Below, piece after piece: positions 22,879-30,332 of a DNA stretch of 54,070 nucleotides; positions within the stretch are counted from its first letter, which is position 1, and each line of letters starts with the position of its first letter. This stretch comes from Actinomycetota bacterium. Its GTDB lineage: Bacteria; Actinomycetota; Aquicultoria; CAJVYJ01; JAUVQD01. The notes under the pieces are model-generated. The model was not told the DNA's origin. It was given only the letters and a program-made list of their open reading frames with translations, and made no database searches. The DNA is taken from NCBI GenBank assembly GCA_030679975.1, contig JAUXSL010000022.1:1-54070 (forward strand), in the 5' to 3' direction. A program made the translations under genes and the position numbers.

Positions 22879-22958
22879 AGATAACAAGTCACTCCAGCGG
22901 ATTTCTGAAACGGCCAAAAGCATGCCGCCTCAGAAACCGCTGAACTCAAGCGTTATCT
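22879..22958 (+). other. attC site 2
   Basis: R'' AGATAAC is perfectly complementary to R' GTTATCT. L'' TCCAGCGG pairs with L' CCGCTGAA with one extra base. The central stem is imperfect. Confidence 0.85.
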
Positions 22959-22975
22959 CAATAAATAAGGGCAAA

Positions 22976-23020
22976 TTACAACTGGTCGACAGAGCGGCCG
23001 CTGAACAGAAGGCGTTAAGT
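22976..23020 (+). other. Possible degenerate, minimal attC remnant
   Basis: ttacaac..agcgg|ccgctgaacagaaggcgttaagt. The L'-R' half is clear, but the left half is short and weak. Confidence 0.3.
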
Positions 23021-23027
23021 GTATAAT
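23020..23027 (+). promoter_or_regulatory. Candidate -10 element (TGTATAAT) for the hicBA cassette
   Basis: TATAAT at 23022-23027, 24 nt upstream of the hicB ATG. The -35 is weak. Confidence 0.35.
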
Positions 23028-23050
23028 ATAAGTACAAAAAAGGAGGCAGC

Positions 23051-23272
23051 ATGGTACATAGGCTTACAGCAATCATAGAAAAAGAAGACGAAGGCTACGT
23101 GTCCCTCTGTCCTGAGCTAGATATTGCCAGCCAAGGCGATAATGTTGAGCAGGCACGCGATAATTTAAAAGAGGCTTTGCAGTTGTTTTTCGAAACAGCC
23201 TCTCCGCAAGAAATAAAAGAGCGGCTCCACGGGGATGTTTTTGTAACGCAGGTTGAGGTGGCTATTGGGTAA
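23051..23272 (+). CDS. hicB: HicB family antitoxin (UPF0150)
   Basis: 73 aa with the motif YVSLCPELDIASQGDNVEQARDNLKEAL. RBS AGGAGG. Confidence 0.85.
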   Translation: MVHRLTAIIEKEDEGYVSLCPELDIASQGDNVEQARDNLKEALQLFFETASPQEIKERLHGDVFVTQVEVAIG

Positions 23273-23486
23273 TCTGCGGGTTCTTTCAGGAAAAGTAGTA
23301 TGTGTGATCCTGGAAGCACACGGTTTTCTTGAGGTACGAAGGCAAGGAAGTCACATAATCATGCAGAAAAAACTGCCCGATAGCACAATTACTGTGCCCG
23401 TTCCCAATCACCGCGAGATTCGAGTCGGTACATTACAATCGATCATTCGACAGTCCAGCGTCGCCCGAACCGAATTTGAAAAATAA
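23253..23486 (+). CDS. hicA: HicA family mRNA interferase toxin
   Basis: Has ..LEAHGFLEVRRQGSHIIMQK.. and the HicA/YcfA signature. TTG start, overlapping the hicB end. Confidence 0.8.
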   Translation: MRWLLGNLRVLSGKVVCVILEAHGFLEVRRQGSHIIMQKKLPDSTITVPVPNHREIRVGTLQSIIRQSSVARTEFEK

Positions 23487-23492
23487 GTGCAC

Positions 23493-23572
23493 ACATAACA
23501 AGAAAATCCAGCGGATTTTTACCTGCGCCAAAAACATGCCGCCTCAGAAACCGCTGATTTAAGACGTTAGGC
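23493..23572 (+). other. attC site 3
   Basis: R'' ACATAAC, L'' TCCAGCGG, L' CCGCTGA, R' GTTAGGC. The central arms look like a hybrid of the arms of sites 6 and 2. Confidence 0.8.
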
Positions 23573-23594
23573 GTGTAAGGAGCATCAAGAAGTC

Positions 23595-24167
23595 ATGACT
23601 GAAAAAGTCGGGATAGCTGAAATCGCAAAAAGGTTAAAGGTTGATGGTACAACCGTTCGTCGTCTTATTGCGCGGGAGAGCGAGGTGCTTCAATTAGAAT
23701 TACATCGTGGTAAAGGGGATAAGCTGCTTCTTTCTCAGGAAGACGCAGACAAATTAGTCGCTAGCTATGAAGCTCGACGTGGCCCAATTTCAACCGCCGA
23801 AGACGCGATTAAGTTTGATCGTTACGGATATTTCTACATAATTCAACTTGTGCCGGAGGTTCTTCCAAATCGGATCAAGATCGGTTTTGCCGACAATGTG
23901 GAAAAAAGACTTAATGAACATCAAACGTCTGCGCCAACTGCAAGACTTCTGAAGGCATGGCCATGCAAACGATCTTGGGATTATGTGGCGATGGATAGCG
24001 TCACAAGAGATGGGTGCAAGCTGGTCTTAAATGAGGTTTATGAAGGCGATATCGAAGGATTTCTTTCTCGCGGCGATGAATTTTTCTCATTGATGCCAAA
24101 CCCTGATTCCGAGAAACAACTCTCAGAACATTCGCCCCTTTATGAGCCTGGAGGCAATAACGACTAG
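23595..24167 (+). CDS. HTH (MerR/excisionase-like) plus T5orf172/MUG113 (GIY-YIG superfamily) domain protein
   Basis: Has an N-terminal HTH (IAEIAKRLKVDGTTVRRLI) and the core YGYFYIIQL...RIKIGFADNVEKRLNEHQT, typical of T5orf172 domains. Confidence 0.7.
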   Translation: MTEKVGIAEIAKRLKVDGTTVRRLIARESEVLQLELHRGKGDKLLLSQEDADKLVASYEARRGPISTAEDAIKFDRYGYFYIIQLVPEVLPNRIKIGFADNVEKRLNEHQTSAPTARLLKAWPCKRSWDYVAMDSVTRDGCKLVLNEVYEGDIEGFLSRGDEFFSLMPNPDSEKQLSEHSPLYEPGGNND

Positions 24168-24190
24168 CCCGAGTAGGCTATAATATCTAT

Positions 24191-24417
24191 ATGGAAAAAT
24201 ATAAATTTACGCCATACTTTGAAAAAGACCATATCTTAAGAAAGAGCTATGTATTGACGTAGTGGAAAACCCCATAAGGGTTGAATCTCAAGAAAACAAT
24301 CGATTTCGGTTTTGGGGCCAAATAGAAGAGCTTGAAGGCCGGATGCTTCGCGTAGTAACACTTGATGACAAAATTACAATTCACAACGCTTTTTTGGATA
24401 GGAGGTTTAAGCCATGA
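24191..24417 (+). pseudogene. DUF4258-like gene disrupted by a frameshift
   Basis: The N-terminal frame (MEKYKFTPYFEKDH...) stops at 24260-24262. The C-terminal frame is open over 24223-24417 and encodes YLKKELCIDVVENPIRVE..FRFWG..RMLRVVTLDDKITIHNAFLDRRFKP. An A5 run lies at 24222-24226. Confidence 0.6.
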
Positions 24418-24632
24418 AACTAAATTATTACCCCGATACGGATTCTTTGTATATTGACTTGTCTTCTAAAACCAGTGTTGACAGCAAAGAGATTTCGCCT
24501 GGCATTGTCTTGGATTATGACAGCAACGGCGATCTGTCAGGGATTGACATAGACAATGCCAGCAGAAAACTTGACCTCAAAGATATAGTTATCAATCATG
24601 TTCCTGCCGAAGTGCATATCAAGAGCGCCTAA
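24414..24632 (+). CDS. DUF2283 domain protein
   Basis: 72 aa with MKLNYYPDTDSLYIDLS...GIDIDNAS. ATGA overlap with the upstream DUF4258-like frame. Confidence 0.8.
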   Translation: MKLNYYPDTDSLYIDLSSKTSVDSKEISPGIVLDYDSNGDLSGIDIDNASRKLDLKDIVINHVPAEVHIKSA

Positions 24633-24700
24633 CAAGGCGCTCCAGCGGATCGCTACCTCGGCCATTCGCTGGTAGCGACCGCTGAACGTGGGCGTTATGC
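24627..24700 (+). other. attC site 4 (74 bp)
   Basis: R'' GCCTAAC contains the DUF2283 stop codon. It also has L'' TCCAGCGG, a 12-13-bp central stem, L' CCGCTGAA and R' GTTATGC. Nearly identical in architecture to site 7. Confidence 0.88.
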
Positions 24701-24716
24701 GAATTGAACAATTTCA

Positions 24717-24745
24717 TTGACAAGTGTCACGTGACTGCTTACTAT
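24717..24745 (+). promoter_or_regulatory. Cassette-internal promoter with palindromic operator for higBA-1
   Basis: TTGACA (24717-24722), a 17-nt spacer, then TACTAT (24740-24745). The spacer holds the perfect palindrome GTCACGTGAC (24726-24735). The ATG at 24752 lies at the expected transcription start, which implies a leaderless mRNA. Confidence 0.55.
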
Positions 24746-24751
24746 TGACAC

Positions 24752-25051
24752 ATGATCAAGACGTTTGCCGACAGGCATACGCAAGAGTTTTACCAAAACG
24801 GGAAATCAAAGCAGTTTCCACCGGATATCGGTAAGCGAGCAATGCGCAAACTGGAATACATTGATTTGGCCACAGGTTTGAATGACTTGAAGGTTCCTCC
24901 GAGCAATCGACTCCACGAACTTGAACGTGAGAGGAAAGGGCAGTATTCAATTTCGGTCAATGATCAATGGCGCATATGTTTCCGGTTCGTAGACGGTGAC
25001 GCTTACGATGTTCAGCGACGGATTATCACTAAAGAGAGAGGTGCTAGATGA
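24752..25051 (+). CDS. higB: HigB-like toxin (plasmid maintenance system killer family), C-terminus altered by a frameshift
   Basis: MIKTFADRHTQEFY...QWRICFRF.DGDAYDV matches the HigB family. The canonical ...TDYH* ending is present in the +1 frame at 25021-25032. Confidence 0.75.
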   Translation: MIKTFADRHTQEFYQNGKSKQFPPDIGKRAMRKLEYIDLATGLNDLKVPPSNRLHELERERKGQYSISVNDQWRICFRFVDGDAYDVQRRIITKERGAR

Positions 25052-25362
25052 GTATTCAGAATGCTGGAGAGAGGAAGATTCGCCCAACACACCCAGGCGA
25101 GATGCTGCGCGAGGATTTTTTGCCTGATTATGGTCTCACTGTGTCGAGCTTTGCCAAAGCGCTTGGCGTGTCGCGCCAAACGGTCAACGAGTTAGTCCGA
25201 GAGCGTCGAGCAGTCAGCCCCGAGATGGCGCTTCGACTCTCTCGCTTGTTTGGCAATACGCCAGAGTTTTGGCTTAACGCTCAGCGTGCCGTCGATCTTT
25301 GGGAGGCAGCGCGGACGAGCAAGAAGAAGATTGAGCGCATCAATCCATTGAGCGCTGCATAG
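25048..25362 (+). CDS. higA: HigA family antitoxin (HTH_3/VapI)
   Basis: Has HPGEMLREDFL...LAKALGVSRQTVNELV..RRAVSPEMALRLSRLFGNTPEFWLNAQ. Confidence 0.88.
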   Translation: MSIQNAGERKIRPTHPGEMLREDFLPDYGLTVSSFAKALGVSRQTVNELVRERRAVSPEMALRLSRLFGNTPEFWLNAQRAVDLWEAARTSKKKIERINPLSAA

Positions 25363-25393
25363 CGCCGGCGCTTGAAAAATAAGTGCAAAAACC

Positions 25394-25415
25394 GCATAAC
25401 AAGGTGTTCCAGCGG
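25394..25415 (+). other. attC site 5, left half only (truncated)
   Basis: R'' GCATAAC and L'' TTCCAGCGG are present. No L' or R' partner follows. The sequence runs into a toxin gene remnant. Confidence 0.6.
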
Positions 25416-25420
25416 ACATT

Positions 25421-25540
25421 TTGCGCCGGCATCGATCTTCCAGGTTGGGTGACCAATATCGGTTAATTTATAAAGTGGTTTCTCAAGAAGTCATTGTCCT
25501 AGTTGTTGATATAACAGCTCATGACTATCGAAGGAGGTAA
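25421..25540 (+). pseudogene. RelE/ParE-family toxin remnant (C-terminal ~35 codons only)
   Basis: The in-frame sequence ..RLGDQYRLIYKVVSQEVIVLVVDITAHDYRRR* matches the conserved RelE/ParE C-terminus. There is no start codon or N-terminal part. Confidence 0.55.
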
Positions 25541-25541
25541 C

Positions 25542-25808
25542 ATGAATCTCAAGGAATATCGTAAAGCGACGAGGACCGTTGATGTCTCAGTTGGTGAATC
25601 GGTGCGCATTATTCGAGAACTTCAAGGTCTAAGCCAGAATGAACTTTCAAACTTAATCAAGATTCCCCAGTCGACGATTTCCGCAATAGAGAATAATCGA
25701 GTAAATCTTGGGGTTGAGCGCGCGAAAGCCATTGCTCGTGCTCTCAAGTGCCATCCTGCAGTGTTATTGTTTCCGGGTTGGGATATCAATAAAGAATCTG
25801 CAGCTTAA
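25542..25808 (+). CDS. XRE-family HTH protein (probable orphaned antitoxin)
   Basis: Has IRELQGLSQNELSNLIKIPQSTISAIENNR. RBS GGAGG. The start lies 1 nt after the remnant toxin stop. Confidence 0.8.
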   Translation: MNLKEYRKATRTVDVSVGESVRIIRELQGLSQNELSNLIKIPQSTISAIENNRVNLGVERAKAIARALKCHPAVLLFPGWDINKESAA

Positions 25809-25865
25809 TTCAACGTGTTGAGTCGTGTTTGAAGTTCTTAGAAGCAAACAATAATGTGATAAATC

Positions 25866-25944
25866 GCTCAACAAGTCGTTCCAGCGGTGGTTACCTGCGC
25901 CAAAAGCAGGCGCAGGTAACCACCGCTGAACTTTAGCGTTAGGC
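25866..25944 (+). other. attC site 6
   Basis: R'' GCTCAAC, L'' TTCCAGCGG, a 15-bp near-perfect central stem (tggttacctgcgcc/ggcgcaggtaacca), L' CCGCTGAA and R' GTTAGGC. Confidence 0.88.
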
Positions 25945-25955
25945 CAAATTAACAG

Positions 25956-25984
25956 TTGCACGGTATCAGTGAAGATGCTAATCT
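25956..25984 (+). promoter_or_regulatory. Candidate cassette-internal promoter for higBA-2
   Basis: TTGCAC, a 17-nt spacer, then TAATCT. RBS GAGGAA lies upstream of the TTG start at 26003. Confidence 0.4.
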
Positions 25985-26002
25985 TTTCAAGAGGAAACCG
26001 AA

Positions 26003-26293
26003 TTGATAACTTCTTTTGGCGACAAGGCGACTGAAAATTTATATCATGGCCTGACAAGCAAAGAAACCAGAAAATATCCAAACGACCTAATTAAGATAGC
26101 GGTTCGCAAACTTGATATGCTCAATGGTACGCAGGACTTAAAGGATATTCGGTCGCCGCCAGGTAATCAATTAGAAGCATTAAAAGGTAATCTAAAGGGA
26201 TTTTTCAGCATTAGAGTCAATAGCCAATGGCGAATAATTTTCAAATGGGAATCCAAGCAAGCCAAAGAAGTTAAACTGACGGATTATCATTAG
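26003..26293 (+). CDS. higB: HigB-like toxin (plasmid maintenance system killer family)
   Basis: MITSFGDKATENLY...QWRIIFKW....EVKLTDYH*, with an intact canonical C-terminus. Confidence 0.85.
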   Translation: MITSFGDKATENLYHGLTSKETRKYPNDLIKIAVRKLDMLNGTQDLKDIRSPPGNQLEALKGNLKGFFSIRVNSQWRIIFKWESKQAKEVKLTDYH

Positions 26294-26304
26294 CGTTAGG
26301 AGTT

Positions 26305-26595
26305 GTGATGTTGCCGAAAAACAGAGTGCCGACCCATCCAGGGGAGATTTTAAGCGAAGAGTTCTTGGTACCTATGGGCATTACACAAGTGGCTTTAGCA
26401 AAGCATCTGGGTGTTTCGCCACAAAGAATCAATGAGCTTGTTCGTGGGAAAAGGGGTATTACGCCGGAGACCGCATGGCTGCTTTCTCAGGCTTTTGATA
26501 CCACCCCCGAATTCTGGATCAATTTACAATCCGCCTATGATCTTGTGGTCAATCATCCTAAAACAGAAATCACCAAGCTCAAGAATGTTAGCTAG
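26305..26595 (+). CDS. higA: HigA family antitoxin (HTH_3/VapI)
   Basis: Has HPGEILSEEFL...LAKHLGVSPQRINELVRGKRGITPETAWLLSQAFDTTPEFWINLQ. Confidence 0.88.
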   Translation: MMLPKNRVPTHPGEILSEEFLVPMGITQVALAKHLGVSPQRINELVRGKRGITPETAWLLSQAFDTTPEFWINLQSAYDLVVNHPKTEITKLKNVS

Positions 26596-26604
26596 TGGCC
26601 ATGG

Positions 26605-26678
26605 GCCTAACATTGCGTTCCAGCGGATCGCTACCTCGGCTGTTCGCTGGTAGCGGCTGCTGAACTCAGGCGTTAAGG
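26605..26678 (+). other. attC site 7 (74 bp), terminal site of the array
   Basis: R'' GCCTAAC, L'' TTCCAGCGG, central stem, L' GCTGCTGAA and R' GTTAAGG. R' overlaps the stop codon of the convergent pfpI gene. Confidence 0.88.
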
Positions 26679-27209
26679 GTTTTCGCTTTTACTGAGGGCC
26701 GCGATAATGGCGTTGATGAACTGGGGTAGATCGCCCGGTTTTCTGGACGTGATCAGGTTCTTGTCGACGACCAGAGGTTCGTCGACGTAATGGCCGCCCG
26801 CGTTGACGATGTCGATGGTAATGGACGGCCAACAAGTGAGCGTGCGGCTCTTTACAAGGCCTGCGGAGATCAAGAGCTGGGGTCCGTGGCAGATGGCCGC
26901 CAGGGGCTTGCCGGTAGTGCCGAACGCCCGGGTGAATTCCACCGCGCGCTCGTTGAGGCGCAACCGATCGGGCGAATAGCCGCCCGGGATAACGAGAGCG
27001 TTGAAGTCGTCCGCTGAAACAGAATCGACTGAAAGATCGGTCGTTACCTTAAACTCCCTCTTCTTGCCGACTATCTCCGCGTCCGCCGCCGGGCCGACTA
27101 TCAGCACGTTAAAACCGGCGTCCCGCAGCCGTTCATACGGCTCGCTCAGTTCCGAGTCCTCAAAATCGTCAGTGGCGAGGATGGCGATCTTCTTAGTCAT
27201 CAGTATCAC
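26673..27209 (-). CDS. DJ-1/PfpI family protein (intracellular protease/deglycase-like)
   Basis: 178 aa with the nucleophile elbow AICHGPQLL. Class I glutamine amidotransferase-like fold. Confidence 0.88.
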   Translation of the reverse strand: MILMTKKIAILATDDFEDSELSEPYERLRDAGFNVLIVGPAADAEIVGKKREFKVTTDLSVDSVSADDFNALVIPGGYSPDRLRLNERAVEFTRAFGTTGKPLAAICHGPQLLISAGLVKSRTLTCWPSITIDIVNAGGHYVDEPLVVDKNLITSRKPGDLPQFINAIIAALSKSENP

Positions 27210-27210
27210 C

Positions 27211-27555
27211 TCACCCCGGCGGCCAGCTCATAAATCTACCGCCAAGCAGATGGAAGTGAATGTGGTCGACTGTCTGACCGGCTTCCTTCCCGGTGTTGGC
27301 GACGATGCGGTATCCGGGGCCGTCAAGCCCCCTCTGCTTAGCCAAGGACGCCGCCGTCAGCATGGCTTTGCCGAGCAGCTCGGCATCGGCCGGCTCAGCC
27401 GTGTTAAGGCTGGCTATATGACGTCGCGGAACTACCAGAAGGTGAGTGGGCGCCTCGGGATTTATGTCCGTAAACGCGATGACATCGTTGTCTTCGTAGA
27501 CAATGTCCGAGGCCAGCTTGCCCGTGGCTATGCGGCAGAAAATACAATCATCCAT
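27211..27555 (-). CDS. HIT family (histidine triad) nucleotide-binding protein
   Basis: 114 aa with the HIHFHLLGG triad. Confidence 0.9.
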   Translation of the reverse strand: MDDCIFCRIATGKLASDIVYEDNDVIAFTDINPEAPTHLLVVPRRHIASLNTAEPADAELLGKAMLTAASLAKQRGLDGPGYRIVANTGKEAGQTVDHIHFHLLGGRFMSWPPG

Positions 27556-28801
27556 TAGACTTCCTCACAATCAAGACATCTGTTTCCGTCTTTATTCCCA
27601 CCGCGTGGATGGGGTTATCCGATTTCTTCGGCGCCTGCTCGAATTTTACTCGAACATATTGACTCGTCAAACCGCTCCTTTGACCGCGGGATTGCCGTTC
27701 AACTAAGACCGAGACCGGCCGGCCGACAAATCCGGCGGCGAAATCAGCGGCAAGGACGGCGCCCAGTTCCTTAAGGGCGACGGCGCGCGCCTTTTTTACG
27801 GCGGGCGAAATTTGGCCGGGGAAAGTTGCCGCCGCCGTGCCTGGGCGGGCCGAATACTTAAAGACGTGGAGGCGGCTGAACGCAGCTTCTTTTATTGTGG
27901 CCGCCGTGGACAGGAAATCATCATCCGATTCGCCGGGAAAGCCGGCTATCACGTCGGTGGTCAAGCCGATATCCGGTAGGCGCCGCCTTAATTTATTCAC
28001 CAGGCTTAAAAATTCCCCGGCGGTGTAGTCACGATTCATCGACGACAAAATCTTGTCGCTGCCGCTTTGGAGCGGTATATGCAGATGGCGTGCGATTCCG
28101 GCTTCACCCGCCATGAGGTCGATCAGCCCATCAGTCACCTCCCGCGGCTCGATCGAGCTTAAGCGCAATCGCGCCAGGGTGGTCCGGCTTAGGATGGCTT
28201 TCATAAGGTCGACAAGCAGGTTTCTGCCGCCGGCAAGATCGACCCCGTATTTGCCGAGGTGGATCCCGGTTAGGACGATTTCAGGAACACCCACTTTGAC
28301 CAGGGCGGTTACTTCGGCAACGACGTCGCCGATCGGCCGGCTCGCCGGTTTGCCTCGAAAGAGCGGGATGGAACAGTAAGAACAAAATCGATCGCACCCG
28401 TCCTGGACTTTCAGAAATGCTCGAGTCCGGGAAGTTTTGAGCCTCGGATTAGCGTCGCCGCGCCCGCCCGAGCCGTTCACAAGCAGGCTTTTTACCAGGT
28501 CCGCTTTGGAAGCGTTGTCGAAAAACATATCGACCCCGAGCGACTTAAACCTTTTTGTTTGCTCCCCCGGCCAACAGCCGGTCAGGACGATCAGCGCGCC
28601 GGGCCCCGCGCGCCGGGCTCGGTTTATCAATTGCCGGGCTTTGGCTTCCGCTTCAGCCGTGACGCTGCAGGTGTTGACGATGTAGAGGTCGGCGGCTTGC
28701 CCGAAAGGCACGTTAGTCAGCCCGGCCAATTGCGCCTTTATTTGGTCGCCTTCATATTGGTTTACTTTGCAGCCCAGCGTGGCCAGGGCGTAGGTCTTCA
28801 T
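27548..28801 (-). CDS. mtaB: tRNA methylthiotransferase, MtaB-like (MiaB family radical SAM)
   Basis: Has the UPF0004 N-domain (TLGCKVNQYE), the radical-SAM cluster CDRFCSYC and a TRAM-like C-terminus. Located next to rsmE. Confidence 0.85.
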   Translation of the reverse strand: MKTYALATLGCKVNQYEGDQIKAQLAGLTNVPFGQAADLYIVNTCSVTAEAEAKARQLINRARRAGPGALIVLTGCWPGEQTKRFKSLGVDMFFDNASKADLVKSLLVNGSGGRGDANPRLKTSRTRAFLKVQDGCDRFCSYCSIPLFRGKPASRPIGDVVAEVTALVKVGVPEIVLTGIHLGKYGVDLAGGRNLLVDLMKAILSRTTLARLRLSSIEPREVTDGLIDLMAGEAGIARHLHIPLQSGSDKILSSMNRDYTAGEFLSLVNKLRRRLPDIGLTTDVIAGFPGESDDDFLSTAATIKEAAFSRLHVFKYSARPGTAAATFPGQISPAVKKARAVALKELGAVLAADFAAGFVGRPVSVLVERQSRGQRSGLTSQYVRVKFEQAPKKSDNPIHAVGIKTETDVLIVRKSNG

Positions 28802-28810
28802 GGCCTGACT

Positions 28811-29533
28811 TTATCTGCCCAGAACAAAATTGACAAGCGCCAGCGCCGCCACGGGCGCGGTTTCAGTTCTTAAGATTCGCGGGCCCAACCAAGCCGTCTT
28901 AGCGCCGGCGTCGACCAGCGCGGTGACTTCGGCGGCGGCCAGCCCGCCTTCCGGCCCGATGACAACAGCCAGATTTTGGCCGGCAAAACCGGACAGAGCC
29001 AGATCGACAGGGTCGGAAGCTCCTTCCCAAAAAACAATTACCAGGTCGAAATCGGCCAAGGTGTTTTTGAATTCGCTCCAAGAAAGGGGAGGATCAATTT
29101 GCGGCAAGGTCGGCCGCCGGCTTTGCTTGGCCGCGGCCTCGGCGATACGCCGCCACCGCTCGACGCGGCCGCCTGTCGCGGCATCAGGCCTGGCGACGGA
29201 GCGTTCCATGATAACGGGGGAAATACGGTCGGCGCCAAGCTCGGTGGCTTTCTCGATTATCCGATCGAATTTTGTTCCCTTAGGGAGACCTTGAAAAAGA
29301 GACAAGAACACACAGGGCGCACCCGGCCGCTTTACAGCGATTATCCTAGCCCTGACCTCGTGGTCCGACAGAGCCACAATCTCCACAGTGTATTCGGCGG
29401 CTGATTCATCTATGACTGTGATCGCATCACCCGGGCCCAGGCGCAGGACGTCCCGGATGTGGTGGACGTCCGAGCCGGTGATAAACGCAAAATCTTTTTC
29501 GATGGCTTGGCTGTTTAAGAAGAAGCGACGCAT
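28811..29533 (-). CDS. rsmE: 16S rRNA (uracil1498-N3)-methyltransferase
   Basis: MRRFFL start and a SPOUT C-terminal domain with VIGPEGGL. The shorter start at 29533 leaves room for the divergent cpaB promoter. Confidence 0.85.
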   Translation of the reverse strand: MRRFFLNSQAIEKDFAFITGSDVHHIRDVLRLGPGDAITVIDESAAEYTVEIVALSDHEVRARIIAVKRPGAPCVFLSLFQGLPKGTKFDRIIEKATELGADRISPVIMERSVARPDAATGGRVERWRRIAEAAAKQSRRPTLPQIDPPLSWSEFKNTLADFDLVIVFWEGASDPVDLALSGFAGQNLAVVIGPEGGLAAAEVTALVDAGAKTAWLGPRILRTETAPVAALALVNFVLGR

Positions 29534-29556
29534 TAAGATAGTTTCGCAAAAAATTC

Positions 29557-29585
29557 TTGACTTTGGCAAGCACCTGGACTATTGT
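29557..29585 (+). promoter_or_regulatory. Candidate promoter of the tad/flp locus
   Basis: TTGACT, a 17-nt spacer, then TATTGT, 36 nt upstream of the cpaB ATG. Confidence 0.45.
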
Positions 29586-29621
29586 CCAGGCATACTACAG
29601 GAGCAGTAGATAATCGATAAT

Positions 29622-30332
29622 ATGTTCTTAAATCGAACCAACAACTCTGTTCTCGCCATTTCCGCCGCTATCGGCGCCGGTCTTATGACCATCGCTTTTC
29701 TTGCCGCCACCAGGGCTTCCGACCGGAGGGCTCTGGAATATCAATTGGCGGCCGCCCGGAACCCGGTTTCGGTTGTGGTGGCGATTCGGAGTATTGCCCC
29801 CGGGACTCTTATAAGCGATGAGGATGTCGGCTACAAACGGGTCCCGAGAGCTTATCTGGCGGCGGGGTTTGTCGGGCATAAAGGCCGCGTTATCGGGAGG
29901 GAAGCGGTGTCGGAAATATTTGCCGGAGAGGCGATTCTGGCAACCAGGGTGACAGGCGCCGCAAGTCGCCGGGCGGCTAACTCGATCAGGGCGGGGTATG
30001 TGGCCCTGGCTGTCGGGACCGACGAGATCGCCGGCGTTGCCGGAGGCGTGCGCGCCGGGGACCGGGTCGACGTATTCGTAACCGATGAGGAGACTCATCG
30101 AACGAGCTTGTTTCTCGGAGACAATCGAGTGCTCGGAATCGGCGGGCTCTATCCTTTCGGCCCTCCACCGGCGGCCGGCCAAGGCGGCGATAATGCAAAC
30201 CAGGCGGTGGTAACCGGTACCACAGTGGTGTTGGAGCTGACGCCGACTCAAGCCGGCAAACTGACGCAAGCAACGGAGATCGGAAAAGTCAGATTGGCCT
30301 TAAGGGCGACTGATCGCGGGACGGACCGATGA
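29622..30332 (+). CDS. cpaB: Flp pilus assembly protein CpaB/RcpC (SAF domain)
   Basis: N-terminal TM segment, a SAF-like segment (VVVAIRSIAPGTLISDEDV) and an RcpC-like C-terminus. Confidence 0.8.
   Translation: MFLNRTNNSVLAISAAIGAGLMTIAFLAATRASDRRALEYQLAAARNPVSVVVAIRSIAPGTLISDEDVGYKRVPRAYLAAGFVGHKGRVIGREAVSEIFAGEAILATRVTGAASRRAANSIRAGYVALAVGTDEIAGVAGGVRAGDRVDVFVTDEETHRTSLFLGDNRVLGIGGLYPFGPPPAAGQGGDNANQAVVTGTTVVLELTPTQAGKLTQATEIGKVRLALRATDRGTDR

Noticed and set aside
26411-26653. An 80-aa ORF overlapping higA-2 and attC 7.
   Set aside because: It is an out-of-frame overlap with a clearly homologous HigA gene and it runs through the attC palindrome.
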